DNA from: Paraspadella gotoi | Taxonomy: Eukaryota; Animalia; Chaetognatha | Length of the DNA stretch: 64,000 nucleotides | Direction of reading: 5' to 3' | Assembly: GCA_051294375.1 (NCBI GenBank) | Contig: CM119265.1 | Coordinates: 15,863,822-15,927,821, forward strand | Notes under the pieces: model-generated | Seen by the model: only the letters and a program-made list of their open reading frames with translations | Database searches by the model: none | What the model was told of the DNA's origin: nothing | Part shown: in pieces, positions 10,601 through 23,088 of the stretch | How the letters are laid out: the number at the start of each line of letters is the position of its first letter | Numbering within the stretch: the first letter of the stretch is position 1 | Position numbers and translations under genes: made by a program

Positions 10601-13600
10601 ATGATGCTTTTAGCGGAGCTTCTTTGAATACTAGCAATTTCTCAATTTTATTATCTCATAACCGTCCCCCTTTTTCTACCCACTGCGCCGTATTTCTTCC
10701 ATTCTATTCTTCTTCCGTCTCTTTTTTTTCTACAATTTTTTTTTTTACATTCCTCTTCGTTGTGTTTTCGTCGCGAGGGACAAATACGAAACCTGAGAGA
10801 CGGATACAAAATACAGATATACGGATAAAGTTACAGACAGGGAATTGCAAAAAAAAAAAGATTTCAAGAATTCAATTCTAAATTTGAGCAAGGAATTTGT
10901 TTTCTTTCTTGAAGAAGATGAAGATTGACCGGTGTTAAACCAAACAGCTGAGCCGTTATTCAGCGGAAGATGTAAGTAGAAGACGATGGTTTTACTTTTA
11001 CTCATGGCCTTTCTTTACGACGGTCCCCATCATTTCTGTCCGCAATAAACCTTTATTATCCTAAAATAAGCAAAGGATTGGAGGCTTTCGGACCCTCGCT
11101 GCGACACCGGATCTGCAGGGTCTCGTCGGCGGTCACTGGCTCCCAAAAAGGTGCAATCTAATCAGTGCCGAAACATGCAAAAATCAATTTAAATCGAAAT
11201 GAAAGAGTGCGAACAGAATTCGTGCAAACAGGTTATTGAAGTAAAAGGGTGCAAAAATTTCAGGATCGTCCAGTTCAAAGTATCTTTGTCTGTTCCCTGT
11301 ACTCTGCTCTATCATTGCCAACAAGCATATAAGAAGCGCGTCCGGTCGCCGCCGCCCTCAGGCGCAAATCGAAAAAAAAACCAAATCGGCGGACATCGAA
11401 GATCCATTCCAAAATTTAGGTAAACCCATTCGAATGTTTATTTTCAATGTAAACACCGTCTTATTTAGGTTCTATAAATATTCGAATTAATTATAATTGA
11501 ACTAAATAATAATATTATTCATAATTTCTAATTTGTCAGATAGAACCATTAATCTAAAGGGTTGGTTGACCTTTCGATCACGATTTACATTTTCCAATAA
11601 TAAATTCTAGTTACAATATCTACTAGTTAAATTAATAATCAAAAATCGTAATTAGTTAAGAACACTTTAGCTAGCAATTGTATTCTCCAGGCAATCGAAA
11701 TAAAACGAAGTGAGGCGACTTCCGGATCGATCTCTCCTTCTCTCTCTCTCACTCTTTCTCGTCTTCTCTCTCATCTCTCAGCCTACACGAGTCTGGTTAT
11801 ACCTTTCATATCCCTTTGTGCTAAGAGTGCCTGTAAGTAAAAATGATTATAAATATTCGCGTCATACGGCTGAAGCATAGTGAAGCATTAGTGGAGATCC
11901 TTGATTCTATTGATTATTAGAAGACAAGAAAATGAACAACGTCAGCGTCGCGAATTCTTTTAAAAATTTCCCAATCGCCCGCTAAGATAATTGTTTACTG
12001 CTCCCCTTCAACGTTCAAATCGAAAGTAATTTTTTTAGACATATATTTATCTTGTACAATGCTAAACCCAATTTCTCTTCTTCTCCGCCGGTATATGAAA
12101 TAAATCAATCATACGACGTTTGTACACATTTAGCCAATTCGATTCACAATTACGCTTTTTCTGATTTCATATAAACGGATTCATTCATTGTTGCATTCAC
12201 ATTTTTATCTCGACCACTTCAATTCTCTAATTATATACATCACTCAATGTTTCACTACAGCAGATATTTGATTAATTAGGTATTTACTTATTAAATTAAT
12301 AATACTAGTTTTAGCTTGTTCCTTTGTTAACATGAGAAGCCGCGACTATATTTTTCTGTAATATTCTTGGGTATATATTCATCCGCAAAGTAAGTCGCTG
12401 GTAAAAACACAAAAAATGTTAATTGATCGTTTCATTACGGGCGGACCAAAGCATTTAGTTATAATGCTTTCTCAGTCCGATTCGAGTTAGCATTATTAAT
12501 CCCATTAATTTTAATAATCGACATTGGCCTAGCCCAGTTCCTTGATAAATGAGAACAAATAATCTTTACCAAATGCTGCGCAGTAATATTTCAGTATGTA
12601 ATCAAATAATATTTTTGTACTTTATTAGCATCCGTTCGCGTTCCACTTCTTACTCCAAAAACCTTTCCATCGCGGTTGGTTTCCGACGGTTACACCCTGA
12701 TGCGTCATCTCTTCGCGCCGCTAACGAGATGCACGGACTCATGTTTATAGGAGAGTCTCGCACATTATCTCAAAATGGTCGCGACCTACTTTTCGGTTAG
12801 AGTCCGACGGGTTCTTTCATACTTAACCATTCTTCAAAAATCCGAATCAGTCGACTTGATTTGATCTTAATCGTCCGGAAGTAACGGTTGATGTTACTGG
12901 GACATAAGTACTTTGTTGCTACTTGTACTTACCCAGGTTTTCTTAAATAGTTCGACTCGATCCTTTCCGTTCAAGATCACTCATTTACCATCGATTCCGA
13001 ATGACGCCGCAAATCCCAAAATTCCATGAGATTCAAATATCTAAAAGGTCATGGAGGACACATTTCAGCCGAAGCTAGATTTTATCCGCGTATTTAAGAC
13101 AAGAAGATTCTCTACTGTCCAAGTAAAAGAATATACTATTAGATACCCTTCTCAAGTTTGCCTATCGGAACCTCCAGGCCAAATCCGCAAGAAGTATTTG
13201 TCTCCCGGTCAAACCGGCATTTTAGTCGATGGGTTTCTCCTTCACCCCGTCGTTTTATGTTGTAACTCACACAAATATGACAAGTTTTCTGATTTCGTCC
13301 GTAAATTCGTCGTCGCATTTCCAGGCGTAAAGCTAGCATTGTCGATATAATTTTAAAAAACGGTCATAAGTAGTTACCAATGTCATAATCGATGGTGTAC
13401 CTTTCCTCGGCCATTTTCGATTCAGCTGCTTAAGTATCTCTATACTTAGTATTGGATTTTATCTACATTTCCGGCTTTATCCTTTACAAATTTAATCAAA
13501 AATCAAATGCCTGATATTTATTTTAAAAAGTCAGACAATATGGTCGTAAAATCGATTCTCGTGCGACCTAAGTTGTAGGCGTCGACTCTTCCATTGGCCG

Positions 13601-13924
13601 AAGATTTCGTTCGTCCAGTGATCCAAGATTTCCACTTTTTTATCTCCTGTCAAGTCGTTTTGAATATTTGAGCAATCTTGTTCGCTCCCCTATTTGCCGA
13701 AAGCTTCCGCGCAATTCCTTATATTCCGAAATCGTTTTCTTTTATTTCACGAGTTTCGGTTTAAGTTTGCTAATAATTCATCGGTCAGATTGTTTACTTT
13801 TATAGCATACATTTTTCTTTCGAATTATTTAGTTGAGATATACAATTACAGCAGCAGGAGCCAATGCCTCCCGATCTACCAATTACTCACAATGTACAAT
13901 TAAATTACAACTAAACAATTACAA

Positions 13925-14110
13925 TTAAACCTCTGCGCAGAAACCTTTACCTTTGAAGTATACCTCTCGCCAACAACCTTCGACCTTTAGCAATACCCTC
14001 TCGCAACAACCTCTTACTTGACCATTTGATACCTCTCGCCAACCTTGACCTTTGAAATACCTCTCCGCACACAACCTTTGATACCCTTTGGATACCTCCT
14101 CGCAACCTTC
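13925..14110. repeat. Degenerate minisatellite, about 30-36 bp unit (ACCTCTCGCAACAACCTTGACCTTTGAAAT-like), 5-6 copies
   Basis: Recurring tacctctcgc...aacctt...ccttt blocks read directly. Confidence 0.75.
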
Positions 14111-17100
14111 ATTGCCACCTCTTGTGAGCACTCTAGCCACCCATCCCTGCCAGGCCGGATGTCGTTTGCTTCTGAGTTTCAACCCCTGAGGGTGCAGCCG
14201 GATTCCAGCTTTCAGATACCAGGGCCCAAAAGATTCTAAAGGGAGATTTCTGACTATCTGTAATTTATTTTAGATATTTTACGAATATTTTTTACCAGGC
14301 GCCCTCCTTTTCCCCTTTCCAAAAAATAAATTCAATTTCCACTTCGTTCTCCTCAGAGAAAGGTTCTTTGGTAGGGATTACCTCATCAACCTATGAAAAT
14401 TCTAATAACAATATTCGCAAAAAATTATTTTAGCCTCTGACATTTTTTGAATTTTTTGTCGCATCTGGTTTCTTTCTTAAACTTCTTGGATAATGCATCG
14501 GCGGCATGTAAGTCGACTCGGTAAATGAAACGAACAATAAATGTTATACGCTATACTAAGACAACTCTCAAAGTCGACAAAAACATGAGTTTTACCAGAA
14601 ATTTATAATTTCGGTTTTCGCGTCGGTCTGTTCCAGCTACTATATTTACCTTCCCTTGGAGAACGGAATAAGGTAACCCCTTTACCTTTTATTTTAATAT
14701 ATGTTTTTTCATAATCATACTGTCATTTTGAGAATGCCTCTTCACATCACTAGCGCTATTAAAATTCGGACATTCATTTAACATCACATGCCGCAAAAAC
14801 AGAAAAAAATCGATTATCAAAAATCTCTCAATTAAATGTCATCCATTCAATCACAGCAATCACTCATTCGCTCTAACAATAAATAAAATAAACATAAAGA
14901 GAAAGTGGGTGCTATCCGGAAGCCGGCTGAGCTGCGGAGCTCTCTCGATGGAAGGAAGAGTAAGAGTATTAGCGATCAGGAGAAGCCAAAATCCTCGCTG
15001 GCGGCGGCGGCGGCCCGAGGGACCTGCTAGCCAATCACTAGAATCGCAATTCGATTAAGCCCTCATAGACCGGTTGAAATTCCCATTTCCAAGAAAGTCA
15101 TGCTGCTCGCGTCGCTCCACGCCCTCACAGACGCCCCAATTTCCTGATTGATCGAAGCCTCGACTTTGTAATTTTGCGTCTCCTGATTGAAACACCGCGC
15201 TGCGTCGCGAATCCAGAATTGCGACGCTGGCGTCGTCGTCAAATTGATCCGAGACGCGCAGCCTGCTGTCAGCGGACGCAGCATTAGAGTGCCTGTGTCT
15301 GTTGTTGCTGCCATCGCTGAAACTGCTGTTGCTCGCATTCGGAAACTGCTGTTGCTGCCGGTCAGTGCGATATGGGAACATTCGTTACTGTCACGAGAAG
15401 TCTACCGAACGGCATCCGTTCTCCTATTCGTTGAATGAACACGGCGGCCTGGGAGGCGGAACGATGCGATAAATCCTATAGGCCAATTTCCAAAGTTCGG
15501 CACGCCTGGGGGAAGCGCGCCGGAACGTCCACAAAATGTCATATCTCCCGCCGAGGCATCTCTAATATTATTTTCAATGAGTTCGCGGACGCGTGCCTCT
15601 TTTCGCCGATCGCGCGGTCGGCCTTATTTTGTACTTGAAAATGTAATTTTAGGCAGCCATTCGAATGAAAATGTGTGATTTTTCTGAGAGAGCCGCATCA
15701 ACTTTCCTGGCCAAAACAGTCAATGGACTGCGCAGGCGCAAGTTTTTGTGTCAGGCCACGAAACCAAGTTCATCGCCCGACGAAGACATATTCGTTTGTT
15801 TGTTTTAAAATTTGTTAGTGATTTTACAGTCGTCGTAGAGAGAGAGGAGCAATAGCAATCCGTAACGAATTCGGAAATCTGTAACCGCGTCCGGTTCTTG
15901 GTGTTCCTTTGTTTGTAATGTCCTGCATGAAAATAGTATAAATTCTTATTGCCACATAATTTTTCCATTTCTTTCGGTACCCACTTTCCCCTCCGCCCCA
16001 AAGGATAGGAAAAATTCTGCTTCAAACTTCGTTTATATTGATTCGACCCCAAATTCCAATTGCTTTTGTACAACCCTCGGTGCTTACTATTTTTGCTTAC
16101 CCATAATTACATTGGTTCGTTGTCAACCGTGCAAAATAAAACGAAAAAATTCAGCTCCGAAAAATTAATTTAAATAGGAACCGGAGCAAAAATACAAATA
16201 ATTAACCCCAAAACGGTCGAAATTGTTAAACCATAGATCCTCATTATCCTAATTATTTTTTTTTATGTCCAGTAAAAATCCCGAAAACTTTAGCTTATCC
16301 ATTAAAAATTTCGTTGAATCGCTTGACCATTGACACCGTCAAGAAATATAATCTTTTACAAGTCGGAGACGTTATCTCGCTGCTAGGAATTAAAGGAAAA
16401 AAATAAACTCCGAAAATACGTTTGTTCCGCGGATGACTGGACGTTCGATTGCAGACGTGTAGAAATAAAAATAATTCGTGTCTTACCCAGTTACTCGTAT
16501 CAACTATCTGTAAAAAGAAAGTCGTGATCTATTTATGTCTAGGTTAATGTTTGGTTTTCGGAGTAAGAAATATCCCCAAAATTCATCGTTATTCTACAAT
16601 AAATCATGTCGCTATGTCAGAGAGGGCCAAAACAAAAAAATATACTAAACGTTTTAAGAAAAAATTTTCTTTCAGCTTACCAATGCATTTCGTTTCATTG
16701 CGGGAAAAAGAAAAAAATTCTTATATTACCCCCTTATCAACTCGCCGACAAAAACCAAATTAATCCGTACGGCACAGATTAATCTTTCGATGCCTGTCCC
16801 GCTTAAGCGAACAACGCTGTCCACCATGTTGGTAAACGTGGTCTGTGGCCCTCAAAAGATGACGGATAGAGAGCTGAACTATGCATAGTCTGTCTAATTA
16901 GTTTTTGAAGTTACCTGAAATAATTGTAGATTGCCAAGTTGTAAAACTGTAATTTAAACCATGGATAAAATATTGCGTCTTAATCCCTTGAAATCTATAA
17001 AAATGAATTGTACTAAAATCTCTGGCCCTCCCTCTCGCTCCTCTTCCTTTGTTTATTCTATTTAGACAAATGTTTTACAAAATAGGCGCTGAGTTCCTGG

Positions 17101-17567
17101 GATTCTAGTAAATATTAAACTTTTGGGAACTGAGGAAAATTTAGAGAAGACAAAATATTGAACGAAACAAAAGGTTTAATTATCTACAATTGGAGGGCTA
17201 ATTAATAATATTTACTAACCACTTTCTTTCTTCTTCTTTCTTTCTTTCTTTCCTCCTTTCTCTCTCTCTCTCTCCTCCNNNNNNNNNNNNNNNNNNNNNN
17301 NNNACATCCCCTTGTGTCGTCTCATTCTGAATATCTCTGCTTCGTCCTCTCTCGTCTCGCTCTTCTCTCTTCATCTTTCGTATCCTTTTTTCTTTCTTTC
17401 TTTCTTGATTTTCTTTTCTTCTTTCTTTCTTCTTTCTTTCTTTTCTTTCTCTCGTCTCTTCGTATTCTTTCTTCTCTCTGTTCTCTCTCTCTCATCCTTC
17501 GCTCTTCCTCTCTCTCTCTCTCATCCTCTCTCTTCCTCTCTCTTCCCTCGCTCTCTCTCTCTCTCTC

Positions 17568-18700
17568 TGAGCATTGATTGCGATCACCTTGGACGAATGG
17601 TTCGGACTTAAACTCGCTCGAGTTTGACCAGAGATGCTGTGTCCGGGGTGATAGGAGCCGATAGGAAAGAGTGAAGATGAAGAAGAGAGACTGGGAAGAT
17701 GATAGTAAATGGAAAGAAAAAAATTAGTGCCTAAATTTTTTTAGAAAAAAGTAAAGAACGTTTGAATAAATTTTGCAACACAATTGATCATTGATAGTCA
17801 ACCTGTATTCGTCTCAAATTCGAATTCCTTTTTAATTTACAAACTCAACAAAAAAGAACGAGGATTTACACATAGAATATAAAGGTAGCCATCCGTTACA
17901 AAGGGAAGAGGAGATCGTTACAAAGAATTACGATAAAAATAAAGAGAGATCAGTATATTTAAAGAGGAGAGCATAACCGAAAATAAACCAAAACAAAGAG
18001 TTCGATACCTGTAATGAGAGATACGAGAACGCGACGAAGAGCGCGAGAGAGAGTTGTTAAAATAAAAGAGACGCGAGTGGCGCTGGGGCAGTTCAGTGAG
18101 AATGCATATTTCCGTATTATATCCCTTTTCTCCACCGCGGAGAATGGTTGGATCCTTGTAAGCAGGAGGATTCTGCGCGATTCGACCAAGACGAGGACCG
18201 AAACTCTTCGAGTCGAACGGTTCCAGTTCATTGGCAGATGGCGCCCCCCGGATGGCATACGCCCCGTACGACGAGTCTCCGTCCCGCTTCCGGCAGCTCC
18301 CCGGGATTTCGAGGGAGTCGAAATGTGAGTCGCATTATACGGTCCTGAGATTGTGGCCGGCGAATGGCTTTTGAAAATAGTTTATTTGGTATGTGATTGA
18401 CTTGTAAATAGGTTTCGCCCAGCGCTGACTTGCCTACTGTAGTCCTTCAATAGTATTAGACCAAACGATTCATCTCACCATCTCCGATGTCAAAATGTCC
18501 TCCGTTCCAATGCCTACCTCGGGTTCGTCGGTTCGCTCTCGCGTCGTCGTCGCTCATTTGACGGTCAAATACAATTCGTATAAATTCGTCTATTTCGCTA
18601 AAAGCCTCTTTATGACTCAACCAACCATTTCCAATTTAGAAACTTTAATACGAATTCACTCTCTTGCGACCACCCACATTTTAAAAACATCTAATTAACA
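17568..18700 (+). repeat. Repeat block A, copy 1 (other copies 26061-26999 and about 37018-38230)
   Basis: Shared strings gagc(c)attgat, cttaaactcgctcgagttt, gatggcgc, tgtggccggcga, ctcaccatctc; copies differ mainly by small indels. Confidence 0.9.
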
Positions 18701-21700
18701 TGCCTAATTGCTGCGTAAAATCCCTCTTTCTCTTCCCGCTCACTTTTGAATTAAATCCGAACCGACTTTGAAAAAAAAAACAAAAGAAAAGCACAAACAA
18801 AACGTTTCTCTCTCGAGTTTCCTTTCTCTCCGTCCTTGTGAGTAAACCGCTTCATTGCTCCTCCCCTCGGGCCCCCTGCCGACTCTCCTCCCTCCCCTCT
18901 CTAGGTACACGTTCCATCAAAATCAGTGCCCCCCGGTCACGCGCGAAGATCGAGGCCGGCGACGCGTGCTGTTAAATCGGGTGCCTACTCGGGCGCGCGG
19001 AGCGTTGTTTGTCTCCCCGCTTTTCCCGGTAGCCGTTCTACGGTCCTCCGCTTTCTGCACTCCCGCTATTATTTTCGCCTCCATTTGTTATGTTTCGTGT
19101 TTCCGAGCATGCTTCAATCATCGCCGCTGCTTCTTTTTAATGCTTTCGTTTTGCTGTTTTTGTCCCCGATCTGAGCCCCAGTCAGAAAGAGGAGCAAGAT
19201 GAGAGAGAGATAGAGAGAGGGAGAGAGAGAGAGGAGAGAGAGAGAGATGAGAGAGAAGAGAGAGCCCGACTCATAACTGGTCGTTAAAGCGTCTCATCAT
19301 AATTAATACGCAAACGATTCATGAATAAATCGAGAGGAAAACGGGAGAAAGTAAATCAAAGGCTTCTATTTCATTTTGTTTGACGTTGCAGTCCGTACCT
19401 CACCTTTTCGTTTTCAAACTCCGTTCGGGTCCTAGAATTTACTTACTTTTTTTGACCAGTAATTTGTACCGGAATACTTTTTCTTATTTGTTTTCAGTTT
19501 CAGATCTTCGCCAATTTGGAGATTTTGTTAAAAAAAGATGCTGCCTTGCACCATGGGGAATATGATATCTCCAATTTACTCATTCAAATTAAAAGAAACT
19601 TTATTAACGCCCCGCGATTCGATCCTTGGCAAAGAGGTGTTGTTAATCGAACCTGCCTCATAATATCCCTTTTCAAAAGTTTGAAACCCCAACAGGTAAT
19701 TCCTTTTATCTCATCTTCTCTACCGTACTTTCTTTTTTCCACCTGTTTTCACACCACCCCTATCCCCTCAACTTCCCCCGGCCGGGAAAAAATCTAACTA
19801 TTTCGGTGATGGAAAAAAAACAAAGGAGGTGGTTTTGGTCGAGCGAAAAGCGAAACCGTTTTAAACCTTAAAAAAAAGAACAGAGAGAAAAGGGGAGATT
19901 TGAAGGACGACATCTGTTGAGGATGGGACAATCGAAATTAGCGAATGATGGTGGATAGATGGCTGGGGCGGAAAGTGTAACAGAAAAAAAAAAAAACAAG
20001 ATGAATCGCCAAGATGAGAATTTAGAAGAAAATTAGCAAGATTAAAAGTTAAAAAAAGAAGTAAAGATCGGAAATGGCGTGATTCTAACTGAGCTGGCTT
20101 AATGTCTGCGCATCAGCCAGAGTGAGTCAGCGTATGAAAAGTGAGCCAGAAGAGACGACTACGGCGCCCGGTCAATAAACGCCTGGAGATGACGACGAGA
20201 CGAGTCTCGGTAAGACGGTCGCATAAGGCAGTAAGACCGACCGGATCTATCGAAGCCCTGGACTTGAAAATGTCTTGTTGAAGGTCCATGTTGTAAAGTA
20301 GATTCGTCTTGTTAGTCCTGGGCAAAGAATAACCAAAACATTTAGTACACAACCTCAGCAAAGGTATATATAAATTTAAAGTGTTCTTTCTTACTTGTTT
20401 TCTGAAGCCAATAATAAACCAAAAAGAGATGCTTCTCTTCATAGAAAAAGTCACAAGACCCCGATCACAAAAAAATGAGATTCCGAGATATCTGAAAAAG
20501 AGTTTCTAATGCTCTGAACAAGAACTTGTGGTGGTCAAAAACCAGTTGACAACTTTGCAGATCTGCGAAGATGCACTCTGGCCAGAATTCGAAAGGATCT
20601 AATCGAAATCCATTCGAAATCACGGGCACCAATAGAACGTGTACACTGCCCTTCGGAATTGCTGTATTAAGGTATAAACAAAAAGAGAGAGCCTAAGATG
20701 TCGTGTCGACTCGCTAAGAAATGGAAGCAGTTCTTCGAGAGTGTCAGTCAACGTAAAGAGCAAGAGCAAGGCGAGGAAGAGATACGGCTAAAGAAGCTGC
20801 GAATTCCTCGATATTTAAAGAGAGTTATTCGTAAACAAAATGGCTAAAAACGTGTCAAGGTATTTATTTATTTCTACGAAAATAAAGTCAGAGATATAAT
20901 AGACTTTAGAGGCTATAGAGGGCGACATCGGATATGAACACGAAGCATTTTGAAAAGGAATAACAAAGAAACTGGCTTCAGTAATTAAATCATATCCAAA
21001 TTAAATGAGGTGAAAAAAAAGAAGGCAAATGGCCTGGTGAAAAAAATAGTCAAAAAGGCGAACAAGGACTTGACAAATAGGAAAATGGCAAAATGAACAA
21101 TGCAGCAGGTGCGTCTCGTTTTTTCTCCTTTTTTAACTCGGAGATACATGAATCGAAATCGTATAAGCCCAGAAAACCCGACGCTGACGGTTGATTCCTC
21201 GTGGTTGGATTCGAAGAAAAAAAAAAAACAGGTATATCCAAAAGGAGGGTGGTAGTTGGAAAGAAGGGGCTTTTGCGGTCCGTCGCGTGTTAGTGTGTTG
21301 GTTATTGTGTTGTCGTTGTTGTTGTGATAGGATGATAAGAAAGCTGACGTCACTCTGAGAAGTCAGAAGAGAAGGGAAATAGAAATAGAGGGCTGGGGAT
21401 TGGTTTCAAGGCGGGATCTAAATGACAGACGAGAGAAGTCGAGATACTTAGGTTCACCGGACCGCCGACGGATTATTGTGAAGAGGATTGACGAGAGAGA
21501 GAGGAAGAATAGAGCAGAGAGACAGAAAGAGAGGAAGAGATCGAGGAGAGGGGAGAGTGAGAGAGAGAGAAGAGCCAAGAGAGAGTAGAGAGAGAGAGGA
21601 GAAGGAGAGGAGAGAGAGGAGAAGAGCGAGAGCGTAGCGATTGTGTTCACCAGCGATTTCACGCCGCTCAAGAAGTTCTACAACGAGCAAGAGCCGCGCC

Positions 21701-23040
21701 CCGTCGTAGTGAAAAGAGTGGGGATAAAGTTACGGAAGGATGATAGGAGACGGGAGGCGGGGGGGGGGTGCTTTCGAGAAATAACGCCAAGAGACAAAAG
21801 AAAAAGAAAAGCCTTTGGAAACAATTATGCAAAGCGAGAAAAGAGAAAGTCACTCCGGTCGCGCCAAAACGCCCCCCCCCGCCCCCGCCCGCAAACAGGA
21901 CCCCGCGCCTCCGCGATTACGACGAGAGATGGGTTTCGAGGCGACAATTTCTTACCGACGACAAAACTGAGCAGAGATACGTTTGAAACTGTATATGTGA
22001 GATTACGACTTATAGTTCGGAGCCGTGGAAATATATTTAAACCTTTTTCTGAGCCGACGCGATGCCGGCGACCCATGTCCCGGAAAGAACCAACCGAGAC
22101 GAAGACAATTTAAAAGAATAAATTAAAAAAAAAAGAAAAAAAAAACTTTATAGTTAACCCAGGATGTTACTATATGTTAACTAAAACGATGAAGCCTCAA
22201 TTGATTTTTTGGATGAAAAAGGGAGAGCCAAAGCAGCCGAAAAGTAATCGAGATGACCCCGACGGCCACGAATGAAGACGAAGACAGTGATTGTTTTTTG
22301 TTGCGTTGTTTTGTTCTTGTTTATTTTTGTTTGCTTATTTTTTTGTTGTTTTTGTATGTTTTGTTTGTTTTGTGTTGTCAAAGGGAACGATCAAGAAACA
22401 CTTTTCATGCTTATTGCATAATAATGTCATGCGGGACGATTAATAGAGACATGGAGAAAAAGTTCGAATATCAAAGAAAAAGTTGTAGTTAAAGAAAAGC
22501 AACGATGAATAATGTGGCTCTACTAAGTTTAAGTTATTAAAAGAATTCGACGCGACAGCACGACCTGAACGACAGAATTCTCTGCATTTCTTCTCTTTCA
22601 TCCGCTTTTGCATAAAGGCGATGAAAAAGGAAAATCGAAACTTTCTCTATGGAGATTCTTGAATTTTGGATGCGAAGGGAAAGGACGTCGTTGTCGATAG
22701 CGGTTCATCATTCTCTATCGGATCACTCAATCATCATCATCACTCAATCATCATCATCATCATCATATGCGGGTGTCAAAAAATCTTGAACACGATTTCA
22801 AGAAGAGAAGTAAGTGGAAATAAAATAAATACGACAAATAGAAAAAAAAAAAAATGAACGGAAAGAGATCTTGAAAATTGAGAACCTGGGCAAAGTCGTA
22901 GATTTCCTTTTAACGAGACCATAAAAAGAAATCCCTCTAAATCGGATCAAAGGAGAGCGAAATGAAAATCTAGAAAACTGAGGAGAGAGAGAGAGTGAAA
23001 GAGAGAGAGAGACGAGAGAGAGGAGAGAGACGGAGAGCGC

Positions 23041-23088
<48 letters not shown>

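Noticed and set aside
12500-13850. LTR-retrotransposon integrase call (CHIC and ISDNAS-like fragments on the minus strand)
   Set aside because: Motif fragments are in inconsistent order and frames; the family cannot be supported without a search.
13925-14110. CRISPR-like array
   Set aside because: Units are degenerate and contiguous with no unique spacers; eukaryotic context, no cas genes.
22666-22857. His/Ile-run ORF (and poly-His ORF at 41897)
   Set aside because: Product of a (CAT)n microsatellite.
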